DNA from: Octopus bimaculoides
Lineage: Eukaryota
Assembly (NCBI RefSeq): GCF_001194135.2
Contig: NC_068991.1
Coordinates: 7,757,806 to 7,814,371 of the forward strand
Reading direction: 5' to 3'
Length of the DNA stretch: 56,566 bases
Shown: positions 25,540 through 37,389 of the stretch, piece by piece
Position numbering within the stretch: the stretch's first letter is position 1
How the letters are laid out: every line of letters starts with the position of its first letter
Translations under genes and position numbers: made by a program
Notes under the pieces: model-generated
Told to the model about the DNA's origin: nothing
Databases searched by the model: none
What the model saw: the letters and a program-made list of their open reading frames with translations, nothing else

Positions 25540-26955
25540 GTAAGAATGCAAAAATAAATGGGTTCTTTATTCCACAGCAGATGATATTAAATGATATTAA
25601 AATATTTTCCTATCACAATCCCTCAAATTCTTATGTAGATGTAAATTTCTTGTTAGTTTTACTAAATTCGATGACTGGCCTAACCAAATTCAATGACTGG
25701 CACCTCTGCCAGTGGAGTGCTAAGAGCACCGTCCGACTACGATTTCAATTGGTTTGATGGGTCTTCTCCGCAAGCACAGCATATTGCCGAAGATCTCGGT
25801 CATTTGTCATTGCCTCGGTGAAGTCCAGCACTCAGAAGGTACTTTTTATGCGCCAGTTACATGACACCAACGTAAACCATCACATCATTGAAATCTCAAA
25901 GCTACGAGATAATGTGTGACTAATTGAAGACAACGTGAATAAATAATAATACATTTGATAGAATAATCTAAATGTTAAAGGGTTTAGGGAACCAAAATAA
26001 GGGTTTCAACCTATATGACATGAATTTTCTTTTCTTTCCTTTCTCTGATCAGTCTCAGAGATTCAGCAAAAATATTCAATTCTGCTCTGCTCTTATTCCT
26101 CTGACAATACCATGAAAGATAAATGAATAAAAACATGATCATGCAGAGGTTCGTATTAAAAGGTGCTTCTTGACCACATGGTTCCAGGTTCAGTCTCACT
26201 GAGGGACAACTTGGGCAAGTGTCTTCTACTATACCCTTGGGCTGACCAAAACATTGTGAGTGGATTTGGTAGACGGAAACTGAAAGAAGCCCATCACATA
26301 TGTTTGTGTGTGTGTGTGTGCTCATACATCTGTTTGTGTGTGTGTGTGTGCTCATGCATCTGTTTGTTTGTCTTTGTATTTCTCATCCCTCTGCCACTTC
26401 ACAACCTGTATTGGTTTCTTTACATCACCATGACTTAGCAGTTCAGCAAAAGACGCTAATGGAATAATTACCAAACTCAAAAAGTCAATCATCTTTAGCA
26501 TCATCATCATCATTATCATCATCGTCGTCGTTTTAATGTCCCTTCTTCCATGTTCAGACAGGTCAGGCAGAATTTTCTACAGCTGGATGCCCTTCCTGTC
26601 ACCAACCCTCACCTGTTTCCAAGGGAGGTAATATTTCCCCGTAGCCAGACCAGACATGTTTTCATGGAAGAGTGGAAACGTAGGACACTGCTCACATGAC
26701 AGTGAGTTGACACTCACAATACCCATGTGACATCAAGGCAGGGAGACAGTAACACACACACACACACACACACACAACAGGCTTTTTTCAGTTTCCATCT
26801 CCCAAATGTATTCTCAAATCTTTGGTCTGTTATAGCAGAAGACACATGCCCAAGATGTCGCACAGTGGGATTGAACCTGAGAATGAATGATTGAGAAGCA
26901 AACTTCTTATCACACAGCAAAGCCATCAGTTTACATCCATAATAAAACCTGGGGT

Positions 26956-26988
26956 TTAGGGTTAGGGTTAGGGTTAGGGTTAGGGTTA
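26956..26988 (+). repeat. Interstitial telomeric repeat (TTAGGG)5
   Basis: Direct reading. Confidence 0.9.
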
Positions 26989-27964
26989 AAAATACTTCGA
27001 TAGCTTAATGTAAAAACATTTCTTGTGTAATATATATATATATATATATACTAACATGCAAGAGTCACAAGTTGTAAATTGGGTCAGATGTTTGATTGAA
27101 CAACGAATGAAATAGTTCAACCATGTATTGAACTTACATTGTAGATTCATTCATCATATTTTATTTGATTCTATAAAGCTAGACTGTATATTGATTGAAA
27201 CTTTCTCCCCGCCTCTCTATCTCTCCCTTGGCCAAAAATTGAAAAGATTGTATTCTTTATTTTTATATTTTTTTAATCTCAATTTTACAAGGCCTCAAAA
27301 GTATTTTCCATTTACTTGTTATTTTTTACATTATGATAATGTTCAGACATAGTCAGATATAAATCATAGACTGTTTTTTTGGGGGGGAGAGGTAATGACC
27401 AGGTCTTATGTGCCGTTTGTTTTCAATCAATATTTACATTGACAACCATCTGAGCAGCTGAAGAACTTGCTGAATAATGTTTTTGGTTGTTCTTTTCCTA
27501 ATGCAATAAAAGGAAAACGGGGCAGGGGAAAAAAATCAATTTTAGGGCTTTTGCATTCTTATTAAAATCAATCACCCTTTCACTATCTGTACTCATATTT
27601 AATCAATATCATTTCCTCATGAAATCAATATCGTTTCTGTTACTTTTCATTTGGTTGGGCTCCAAATATCTATCTGTAAATTTCACTTTTCTTTTCAACA
27701 ATGTAAAAATAACAACCATTTCTATTATATGCACACAAGGCCTGAAATTTTGGGGGGAGTGGGCCTAATTGATTGCATTGACCCTAGTGAGTGATTGAAA
27801 CTTATTTTATTGACCCCGAAAGGATGAAAGGCAAAGTTGACCTCAGTGGGATTTGAACTCAGAACATAAATACAGGTAAAATGCTGCTAAGCATTTTGTC
27901 CAGCATGCTAACAATTCTGGCAGCTCACCATGTGAATAATGATAATAATCATAATAATAATAAT

Positions 27965-27995
<31 letters not shown>

Positions 27996-28018
27996 GCAAC
28001 AACAACAACAACAACAAC

Positions 28019-28051
<33 letters not shown>

Positions 28052-28298
28052 TATTAACGTCCGCTTTCCATGCTAGCATGGTTTAACTGAGGACTAGCAA
28101 GCCAGGAGGCTGTACCATGCTCCAATCTGATCTGGCAAGGTTTCTACAGCAGGATGCCCTTCCTAACGCCATAATAATGATAATAATAATAATAATTTCA
28201 GTTTTTTCAGTTATTTCATTACAAAATAAAAAGCCTCTGATGAACATATGTAAAATGTCAACAGATTTATATATAGAAAACTTCTGTTTAATTTTCAG

Positions 28299-28481
28299 AT
28301 TTGTCTCCACTCATAAATTTAGAACATCTCATTATACTAAATGTATCGAATAATCTGATTTATGAACTTTCAAGCTCCTATCTTCCAAACACTCTGAAGC
28401 ATGCTGATTTTTCTAGAAATCTGATTGAAGAAATCTGTGACTTCCAGTACCATCCCAAGTTGACATCTCTGTATCTTGATT
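28299..28481 (+). CDS. LRGUK: LRGUK LRR exon (DLSPLINLEHLIILNVSNNL...HPKLTSLYLD)
   Basis: ttttcag| acceptor, phase 1 joins previous exon (G+AT=D); LRR text KHADFSRNLIEEICDF resembles LRGUK KKADFSHNQISEICDL. Confidence 0.92.
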
Positions 28482-28993
28482 GTATCCTTTTTCCTCTTCA
28501 AAAAATTCCTGTACCCTATATTGGGTAATAATGGCTTCAAATTTTGGCACAAGGCCAGCAGTTTTGGGGAAGTGGGAAAGTCAATTACATTGACCCCAGT
28601 GCTTAACTGATACTTAATTTATCAACCCCAAAAAGGATGAATGGCAAAGTCGACCTCGGTGGAATTTGAACTCAGAATGTAAAAGCAAACAAAATCCTTT
28701 CTACTAAAGGCCCAATGCCTGGAATTTGGTGGGGAGGGAGATGGTTGATTTCATCGACCACAATACTAAACTGGTACTTATTTTATCAACCCCAAAAGGA
28801 TGAAAGGCAAAGTTGACCTCAGTGGAATTTGAACTCAGAATGTAGCGACGGGCAAAATACTGCTACGCATTTTGCCCGGCTTGCTAATAATTCTGCCAGC
28901 TCGCCACATTAATACTCCGAATTTATATTTTTCTGAAAAAACCATATATATATATATATATATATATTTCTTTTTTCCTCAACCTAAAACTAG
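28482..28993 (+). other. U12-type (minor spliceosome) GT-AG intron
   Basis: 5' splice site GTATCCTTT; branch point TTCCTCAAC at 28975-28983, about 10 nt before AG; no polypyrimidine tract between branch point and AG; junction restores frame (T+AT=Y). Confidence 0.85.
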
Positions 28994-29118
28994 ATAACAA
29001 AATAAGACGCATCAAAGGTTTGCATCAATGTGAACGTCTCCATTCATTAAGTCTTGCTTACAATATGATTTCACGAATTGAGAACCTTGAGTGTTTGCCT
29101 TTGCAGTATTTAAATCTG
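28994..29118 (+). CDS. LRGUK: LRGUK LRR exon (YNKIRRIKGLHQCERLHSLSLAYNMISRIENLECLPLQYLNL)
   Basis: In-frame LRRs, donor CTG|gtaatg. Confidence 0.92.
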
Positions 29119-30103
29119 GTAATGTATAAGTTAGAAGCACAATATTCTTCTGACTTTTATTTCCTTCTAAGTCTCAGTTCAGCATTTGAAATGTCAGCTG
29201 TTAAAATGAAATTGACAAAAAGAGTTAAAAGCATTGTAGCTTGCTTGAAGCATTTGTGATAAAGAAGTAAAATAACAAAATAATGAAACTGTTGAGCTTT
29301 TTTAAACTTTGAAAAGGAAAAAGTTTAATGACATTTATATATTTCAGTGGAGTGAAGGTGCATGGCCTTGTGGTTAGGGTGTTGGTCTCATGATTACAAA
29401 ATTGTGGTTTCAATACCTAGACCAGGCAGTGCACTGTGTTCTGGAACAAAACACTTCATTCCATGTTGCTCAAGTTCACTCAGCTGTAAATGAGCAACCT
29501 TGTGATGAACCCAGAGCCATGTAAAGGCATGGGCACATTGGATGGGACTTTACCGGTCTAGGGGCCTAATTGTGATTTGGGCCACATTGGTTGGTTGCCC
29601 AGGGACATCACAGGTCTAGGGGCCTAATTCTGATCTATGTATATTGTTGCATGCTGTCAATAAAAAATACTGTAGGGCCTAGGGCATTGATTTTCCCAGG
29701 GGCCTCAATGGTCTATGGGTCCAATTCTGATTTGGTCCACATTGGGTGGATAGAATAAGTACTAGGCTTGCAAAGAATAAGTCCTGGAGTCGATTTGCTC
29801 CACTATAGGCGGTATTCCAGCATGGCCACAGTCAAATGACTGAAACAAATAAAAGAGTAAAAGAGAATATATAAGGGATGAAACGAAGAGTCAGCCTCAG
29901 CAGGATTTGATCTCAGAGCATAAAGATGGACAAAGTTCCACTAAGCATTTTGCCCAGTGTGCTAATGATTCTGCCAGCTTGCTTCCTTAGAATCTGCTAA
30001 TAATGGTTGGGTTTCAAATTCTGGCACAAGGGCCAGCAATTTCGGCAGAGAGAATAAGTTAAATGCATCAACCTCAAAGTTCAACTGGTACTTATTTTAG
30101 CGA

Positions 30104-30438
30104 NNNNNNNNNNNNNNNNNNNNNNNNNNNNNNNNNNNNNNNNNNNNNNNNNNNNNNNNNNNNNNNNNNNNNNNNNNNNNNNNNNNNNNNNNNNNNNNNN
30201 NNNNNNNNNNNNNNNNNNNNNNNNNNNNNNNNNNNNNNNNNNNNNNNNNNNNNNNNNNNNNNNNNNNNNNNNNNNNNNNNNNNNNNNNNNNNNNNNNNNN
30301 NNNNNNNNNNNNNNNNNNNNNNNNNNNNNNNNNNNNNNNNNNNNNNNNNNNNNNNNNNNNNNNNNNNNNNNNNNNNNNNNNNNNNNNNNNNNNNNNNNNN
30401 NNNNNNNNNNNNNNNNNNNNNNNNNNNNNNNNNNNNNN
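30104..30438. other. Assembly gap hiding part of an LRGUK exon; other gaps 4409-4641, 40212-40781, 47060-47235, 48655-49078
   Basis: N runs. Confidence 1.
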
Positions 30439-30467
30439 AAAACTTGGAAACTCTTGTCAATTTAAGG
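30439..30467 (+). CDS. LRGUK: LRGUK LRR exon, 3' part only (NLETLVNLR); 5' part in N-gap
   Basis: Fits expected LRR 'GLEDLKALQ'; donor AGG|gtgagc, phase 0. Confidence 0.75.
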
Positions 30468-30988
30468 GTGAGCTACAAACATATAATTAATTAGTTCTTT
30501 GTGTGTGTGTGTGTGTGTGAGATGATCATCATTTAATGTCTACTTTCCCATGCTTGCGTAGATCAAACAGAATTTGTTAATGCAGATTTCCTATGGCTAG
30601 ATGCCCTTCCCGTTGCCAACACTTAACTGTTTCCAAATAAGGTAATATTTTCCAGTGGCTAGTCATGTTTTTCATTCGAAAACTAAAAAATTAACAACCT
30701 TGCTTGTATGATGATGATGATGATGATGATGATGCTTGTTTGCAGCCATCACATGAATATCAAGATGAGAGTACACGCAAGCACGCGCATAATTACGTAC
30801 ACGCACAAACGTATATACACACACATACATGTAAGAGAGAGAGAGGACTGAGGAATAAATTATTATCATATGAACTGCATTAGCTTGCATCTGTTTCTGC
30901 TATCAGATGTGGTGGACTCATAAGTTGAGTGCCTGAATAACATAACTTCATCAGTGCCTTAAATAGGAAGTGAAATTTCACTTCATAT

Positions 30989-31268
30989 TTAACCCTTTCG
31001 TTACCAACTCGGCTGGAACCGGCTTCGGCTCTGGCACAATGTCTTGTTTTCATCAGTTCTGAATTAAAATCCTCCACCTACTTACCACACAGCCACTCCT
31101 GTGCCTGACAGGCTTTTTCCAATTTCTATCTACCAAATCCACTCACTAACCTTTGGTCAGCTTGGGACAGCTATAACAGAAGTTATTTTACTAAATTCTT
31201 TGTTATATTTAAAGTAATTGAAAGAAACACAGAGCATCTCAAAATAAATACGGTAACAAAAGGATTAA
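30989..31268. mobile_element. TTAA-flanked piggyBac-like MITE; related ends near 19272 and 42113
   Basis: TTAA-CCCTTTCGTTACC ... GGTAACAAAAGGA-TTAA imperfect TIRs. Confidence 0.6.
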
Positions 31269-32009
31269 GGCACTGATGAAGCTATAGGATGTTATTCAGG
31301 CACTCAACTTATGAGTCTACCACATCTGATAGCAGAAATAGCTGCAAGCCAATAAAGTTCATACGATAATCATTTATGTCTTTTTTTTTTTTTTTTTCCC
31401 TAATACTGCTCTCTATTCAGCTAACCCTTTGCTCTGAAACACACATATATTGAGTTCTACACCAGATTTTTAGTCATACAATGCCTAAGCAAAACATTAT
31501 TACACACGTGTGTGTGTGTGTGTGGACAGTTTGGCCAGAGCTGGTAAGTTGAGGGACTGCACCAGACTCCAGTCTGATCTGGCCATGTTTCTACAGCTGG
31601 AGGCCCTTCCTAATCCCAACCACTCCAAGAGTGTATCAGGTGCTTTTATGTGTCACCAGCAGGGGTGCTGGCTGCATGGCACCAGTATCTGACAAGACTA
31701 CGATTCCTCTTGGCGTAATGGATCTTCTTCTCAAGCACAACATATTGCTGAAGGTCTCAATCATTTGTCATTGCCTCTGTGAGGCCCAACACTCAAAAGG
31801 TTAAATCTCGCCTTTCATACCTACCCTACAATGTCATTTTAAAAATAGACAATCACATCATCAGAATCTTGACGACATGAGAAAATGTACAATTAATTCA
31901 AACCAATGCGGATAAATAAGTATTAAATTTGACAGAGGAATCTGAATACCATTGGGTTAATACATGAATTCTATGTAAAATCATATATTTTGTGTTTTCA
32001 TGTTGACAG

Positions 32010-32099
32010 GAAGTGAATCTCTCGAGCAACAATATATCCAGTTTGAATGGTCTGCAAGGACACCATGTTCTCGAAGTTATAAATGTTAATAATAACAAG
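32010..32099 (+). CDS. LRGUK: LRGUK LRR exon (EVNLSSNNISSLNGLQGHHVLEVINVNNNK)
   Basis: gacag| acceptor, AAG|gtaacc donor, 90 nt phase 0/0. Confidence 0.92.
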
Positions 32100-32124
32100 G
32101 TAACCCAATATATGCTCTTTTACT

Positions 32125-32317
32125 CTTTTACTTGTTTCAGTCATTTGACTGCGGCCATGCTGGAGCACCACCTTTAGTCGAGAAAATCGACCCCAGGACT
32201 TATTCTCTGTAAGCCTAGTACTTGTTCTATCGGTCTCTTTTTGCCGAACTGCTAAGTTACGGGGATATAAATACACCAGCAAAGGTTGTCAAGCGATGGT
32301 GGGGGGGACAAACACAG

Positions 32318-32364
<47 letters not shown>

Positions 32365-32525
32365 CATATATACGACGGGCTTCTTTCAGTTTCCGTCTAC
32401 CAAATCCACTCACAAGGCTTTGGTTGGCCCGAGGCTATAGTAGAAAATACTTGCCCAAGGTGCCACGCAGTGGGAACGAACCCGGAACCATGTGGTTGGT
32501 AAGCAAGCTACTTACCACACAGCCA
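32125..32525 (-). mobile_element. Near-full-length tRNA-derived SINE (family A, central AC/AT microsatellite). Other copies near 2483, 2865, 4642, 8880, 11232, 12118, 26160, 26770, 40782, 51616
   Basis: A/B-box-like head (ggctgtgtggtaag...ggttccgggttc), accttgggcaagt CORE-like segment, gaaacaagtaaaagagtaaaaga tail; many copies in window. Confidence 0.85.
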
Positions 32526-32751
32526 CAATTTCTATCTACCAAATCCACTCACTAACCTTTGGTCAGCTTGGGACAGCTATAACAGAAGACATTTTCCCCA
32601 ATGTACCATACAGTTGAATTAAACCTGAAACTACATGATTAGGGAACAAGCTTTTTAACCACTAACCATATCTGTGTACATATAAAAGCTAATGAAAGTA
32701 AACATCTGTACTGTTTATGTTTGTTATTTTAGTTTGCCATCTTCTTTCCAG

Positions 32752-32919
32752 ATAAAATCCATTGATGAAATCTTACATATAAATGGCCTTCTGTTGCTTC
32801 GCATTTTTACCATTCTTAAAAATCCAATTGAAGACTTTCCTAACTTCAGTAAAATCATCTTATTTCATATCCAACGACTTCTGGAACTGAATGGTTCTCC
32901 AGTTTCTATCCACGATAAA
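32752..32919 (+). CDS. LRGUK: LRGUK last LRR/LRR-cap exon (IKSIDEILHING...LELNGSPVSIHDK)
   Basis: tttccag| acceptor, AAA|gtaagt donor, 168 nt; LRR-cap pattern NPI...Y/F...I...L..L.G..V. Confidence 0.9.
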
Positions 32920-33131
32920 GTAAGTTTGCATTCATTTCAACATTTCTTTTTTAAGTTCATGTTATTAACACTGTAAGAAGGATGGCCTCTAAAACCCAGT
33001 ATTTTCTTCTGATATATAAATGCACGTACACATCCATGTCTGTTTGAAGTTAAACTAGAAATGGCCGAATGTCTTGCTCACTGAAATTGTATTTAGATAT
33101 GATAAAATTAACACATTGACTCGTTTTTCAG

Positions 33132-33238
33132 GTGGAAGCAATCAATATGTTTTCTCCTTCTCTTGAAGTTGTTACGAGCAATTCTCATATGATACAAACT
33201 ATGTATTCGTTTCTGGCTTCAAATAAAATCCGCAACAT
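33132..33238 (+). CDS. LRGUK: LRGUK linker exon (VEAINMFSPSLEVVTSNSHMIQTMYSFLASNKIRN)
   Basis: tttttcag| acceptor, AT|gtaagt donor; resembles LRGUK VSAVNKYDPPPEVV. Confidence 0.9.
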
Positions 33239-33304
33239 GTAAGTGAATTCAACATCTTTAATTCATACCATTTCTTGGTCACAATAATAGTAATATTCAT
33301 TGTA

Positions 33305-33480
33305 TTTCAGTTCTATATCTAAGAGATGAGGAATTATATACATTATTTCCATTTGATGGATATTTGTCCTCATCTTGTTTGTTGTTAACACATTTCAGCT
33401 GATATACCCTCCAGACTTCATCAGGTGTTTTGGGGAAATTTCGAACCTGGGTTCTCATTCCTAAGGTATTTTTAATGTTG
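33305..33480 (-). mobile_element. Penelope-type terminal-repeat fragment with degenerate hammerhead core
   Basis: 33308-33365 closely matches 56208-56272 at the Penelope 5' end; minus strand reads AACAC-CTGATGA-stem-GAAA-TGTGTT. Confidence 0.65.
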
Positions 33481-33603
33481 TTGTTATTATTATTATTATT
33501 ATTATCCAGGTCACTGTCTGGAATCAAACTCGGAATATGGCGTAGTGGTTAAGAACATGGGCTACTAACCCCAAGATTCCAAGTTCGATTCCAGGCAGTG
33601 ACT

Positions 33604-33646
<43 letters not shown>

Positions 33647-33988
33647 CAACAACAATAAACCCCATAAACAGGGTTTGGTTGAATTGATGGATGGCAGGAT
33701 AATGGATGAGCTGGTGCATAAGAAGTCAATTTCTCACAGAATTCCTAATGACCTACAATTCCAAGGAACTCCATTTGAGAAACTGTCTAAGATATGCTAG
33801 TATGGAAAACTGATATTAACTGGTAATGATGCTCCATTTCAAATCACTTTTCCTGGGCTATTATGGGTATAATTGAAGTAAGAATACTTACAAATGAGTC
33901 ACACATTTTGATCATTGGAAACTTACCACCATTTTGTCACTTAACACTATTTAATCTATTAAAATCCAATTTTAATATTGATTTACAG

Positions 33989-34108
33989 AACACTTGCCAA
34001 TATCAAAGAACAGTACCCTATAATAGCATTGGTAGGGCCTGAAGGAAGTGGCAATAGATTGCTTGCTATGAGACTAGCAGATGATTTTCCAAAACACTTA
34101 GGATTTGG
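33989..34108 (+). CDS. LRGUK: LRGUK guanylate-kinase-like exon with P-loop (YPIIALVGPEGSGNRLLAMRLADDFPKHLGFG)
   Basis: tttacag| acceptor, GG|gtaagt donor, phases consistent. Confidence 0.92.
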
Positions 34109-34189
34109 GTAAGTTGTTTATATTCCTTTGACCTCTCTTTATATTATTGATGTGTTTATTTTTATGTTATGGCTTTGGATGTAAGTCTC

Positions 34190-34500
34190 TCTCAAAGAGA
34201 GACTTACATCAGCAGGATTGCTGCCTTCTATAATGGTACATACTTCTTTTGTGTCTGTCCCAAACATTATCTGGACTGTTGCTTTTACACTTGACAGATC
34301 TTTTGACACTTGACAGGTGTTTTGACGGGAGTGTTCCACCAGTATTCTTTGTGTTGATGCTTGTGTATGTCTCCAGTAAATGCAGATCCTCTATATTTAG
34401 TCAATATAGAGTACTTCTCCAACGCAGAACTATCCAACATGGACAGGTAGGCCTTACAAACAGCATAAAGAAACCAGCAATGGGATGCTGAGGCTTTCAT
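34190..34500 (-). mobile_element. Second degenerate REL-type LINE fragment, in LRGUK intron
   Basis: EYWWNTPVKTPVKC...PD..VWD...KEVCTIIEGSNPADVS; visibly homologous to 14990-15240. Confidence 0.65.
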
Positions 34501-34572
34501 CTAGCAATGAACTGACAATGGCTCAATGGAAAGATCAAATTACTATTGATTTTGTTTTATTTTTTGTATCAG

Positions 34573-34669
34573 AATTACAGAAACAACTAGAATCATATAT
34601 CCCGGAGAAGTAGAAAACATGGATTTCAACTTCATTACTGTCAATGCTTATCAGAAGAGTGTTGAAAAT
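34573..34669 (+). CDS. LRGUK: LRGUK GK exon (ITETTRIIYPGEVENMDFNFITVNAYQKSVEN)
   Basis: TTR...GE...D.F GMP-binding-region pattern; gtatcag| acceptor, |gtaagt donor. Confidence 0.92.
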
Positions 34670-35842
34670 GTAAGTTTATTTCCAATGATTCTCTTCCAAT
34701 TGACAAGTTATTTACTTTAGTGCATTATTAACAAAAAAAAAAGACAAATACAAAACAAAAAAGAAAAATATCAACTAATACGAGCTCTTTGCTGTGTTCC
34801 AGTACAAAATTCTTAATTATCATCATCGTAATCATTTAACAACTGTTTTCCATGTTGGCATGGGTTGGATGGTTTGACCAGAGCTGGTAAGACCGAGGAT
34901 CACACCAGGATCCATTGTCTCTTTTGGTATGTTTTTTACAGCTGGATCCATCTCCTCATGCCAACCACTCTACAGAGTGTACTGAGTGCTTTTTACATGG
35001 CACCGTTACCATTACTTCTTCATGGGACCAGCACCATTGCCTTTTACATGGGACCGGCACCATTGCCTTTTACAATTTGAAGAATTTTGGATAAAATGAA
35101 AAATAAGGATAACTCAACAGAATTTATTGGAAAACATAGGCAAACAAATTAAAACTTTACCAATATTTATTTAATATAAGGCAGCGAGCTGGCAGAAATG
35201 TTAGCACACCGGGCGAAATGCTTAGCAGTATTTTATCTGTCTTTACGTTCTGAGTTCAAATTCTGCCGAGGTCAACTTTGCCTTTCATCCTTTCGTGGTC
35301 AATAATTAAGTACTAGTTGCATACTGGGTCGATCTAATCGACTGGCCCCCTCCCAAAAAATTTCTGGCCTTCTGCCTAGAGTAGAAAAGAATATAAATTG
35401 CATTCGGGTAAAATAAAGTAGAAAAGAATATTTATTTAATATGCTAAGAAGTTGACTGATGGATCTCAACTTTAATAAATATAATAAATTGAGGTAACTG
35501 TAAAGATAATTTATGAACACCCTGTATATAATGAGCCAATGAGGGAACCTCTACATGGTCACTTGACCTGCCAGAAATAGGAACCAAATCTCCCTTGAAT
35601 CACACTCTACTGGCTTAAATAAGGGAAGAACACATTTAGATAATGCAGTCATACATACTCCTAAACAGACTGGATGGTCATTGCTGGAATGCGTTGAAAC
35701 ACAAATCTTCTCAATCAAAATTGAGTTAGGGCTAGATAACAACATAAGAGACCAAGAGGAAATAACGCATAAAGAATGCTAAGTGAAACCTACTGGCCAT
35801 GGTATAACTGAAGTTTCTCATATGTTGCGTTGTATTATACAG

Positions 35843-35956
35843 GGTGAATATCTGGTAACAAATAAATATGCTGATGATTATTTTGGAATGAAAAAAAACA
35901 CATTGGAAAACCTTGCAGAAGAAAGAAAAGCATGTATCACTCATATGCAGTTAGAG
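35843..35956 (+). CDS. LRGUK: LRGUK GK exon (GEYLVTNKYADDYFGMKKNTLENLAEERKACITHMQLE)
   Basis: atacag| acceptor, GAG|gtaagt donor, 114 nt. Confidence 0.92.
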
Positions 35957-36252
35957 GTAAGTTCTAGGAAGCATATTGTTATTTTGTTTGTATCAACTTA
36001 CTGTTTGTATTCATTAATTTTTGTAACATCATCTGTAAAATCATGTATTCATATATGTGTGTGTGTGCGTGTACAAGGGAATGCTAAAAAGTTTCTGGCT
36101 TTGGGGTAAAAGAAAATATGCCATCGAATATGACAACTCATATCCATAATAGGGATAGATAAAACAAAATCCTTTATTGTGGAAAGAACTCCAGCGATAA
36201 GAAAAGCTGAAATTACAATGAAAATGTCTTTTATTTTCCATTGATATTTCAG

Positions 36253-36454
36253 GCAATGGTAAGCCTCCAAAATACTGTCCTAATGCCTCAGTTTATCCTA
36301 ACTTTGCAAACATCAGAAACAGCTCAGAATGAATACATGCGAGCTTTAGGTGTCTATTCTGAAACTGATATAAAAAGAGCTCTGCAAAGCCGAGAAGATC
36401 TAATTGAATACAACCAAAATCACGCTGGATCTTTTTGTCATTTTATTTCAACAG
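36253..36454 (+). CDS. LRGUK: LRGUK GK exon (AMVSLQNTVLMPQFIL...NQNHAGSFCHFIST)
   Basis: atttcag| acceptor, G|gtaaaa donor. Confidence 0.9.
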
Positions 36455-36898
36455 GTAAAATGAAAATTTGTTGTTTTATTTCTAATTCATGTTACTATAA
36501 ATTTGTGATATTCATAGATAAGTATTTGGTCTGGAAAGATCAGACCAGGTGTGTTTTCTGTGTGCTGTAAGCATGGGTTTCCTTGAGAAAACGCCTTTAT
36601 TTTACCTCTTAGCTTTTACTTGTTTCTGTGGCTATGCTGAGGCACCGTCTTCAAGGGTTTAGTAGAACAAATTGACCCCCAGGACTTATTTCTATCAGCC
36701 TCCTTTGCCAGACGTAAACAAACCAACACTGGAGGACAATTTGTTTGACTGAACCCATCAAGGTGGTTATTCAGCATGGCTGCAGTCCAATGACTAAAAC
36801 CAGTAAAAGACAAAAGATTAAAAAAAAAAAGATAGCAACACTGAAATATTTTATCTACATTGTATAAATAAAAAAAAATTTAATGTCATATCTTTTAG

Positions 36899-37053
36899 AC
36901 TCTTTAGAAATTGCCTACAAAACACTGCAAGATTATATTAAGCAATGGATATCATCACCCAGAAATATTTATGATGAAACACGAACAACTCCATTATGTC
37001 ATGCAATCAGCTCTTCAGAAAATTTGTTTGTTGCTCAACAGAGAGGTCCCGTG
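36899..37053 (+). CDS. LRGUK: LRGUK GK C-terminal helix exon (DSLEIAYKTLQDYIKQW...QQRGPV)
   Basis: cttttag| acceptor (G+AC=D), GTG|gtgagt donor; DxLExAYxxL GK end motif. Confidence 0.9.
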
Positions 37054-37389
37054 GTGAGTATTATTGTTGGGGGTGGTCATTCATAAGAATAAGTGAACTG
37101 AGAATAAGGTATTGAATTATTTCTGACCACAAGGTCAGTGGTTCGAGTTTTTATCACAGCTATTCTGTTCTTTGCTTAGACAAGATGTAATACTTTTTTT
37201 GGTCTAATTCTGAGAAAAATACATTGGTTGTCTTTTATTAGACTTGTAAAGCCAATCTAAAGTAAACTTAGTTGTAAAACACTTACTCCAACAGTTCTTC
37301 CTGATTGTATTGTTAACTTTGATAGGTTTCGGCCAGTGTAGGCCCAGACCATGTCTAACTTAATAGCACCACTTGGTGAAGTCTTTTAG

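Noticed and set aside
26956-26988. Functional link between interstitial TTAGGG and the nearby telomere nuclease Apollo
   Set aside because: 15 kb apart and such tracts are common; proximity is likely coincidental.
29520-29750. Three degenerate ggtctaggggcctaattctgattt units, checked as a CRISPR-like array
   Set aside because: Eukaryotic context, irregular spacing and diverged units; ordinary minisatellite or TE subterminal repeat.
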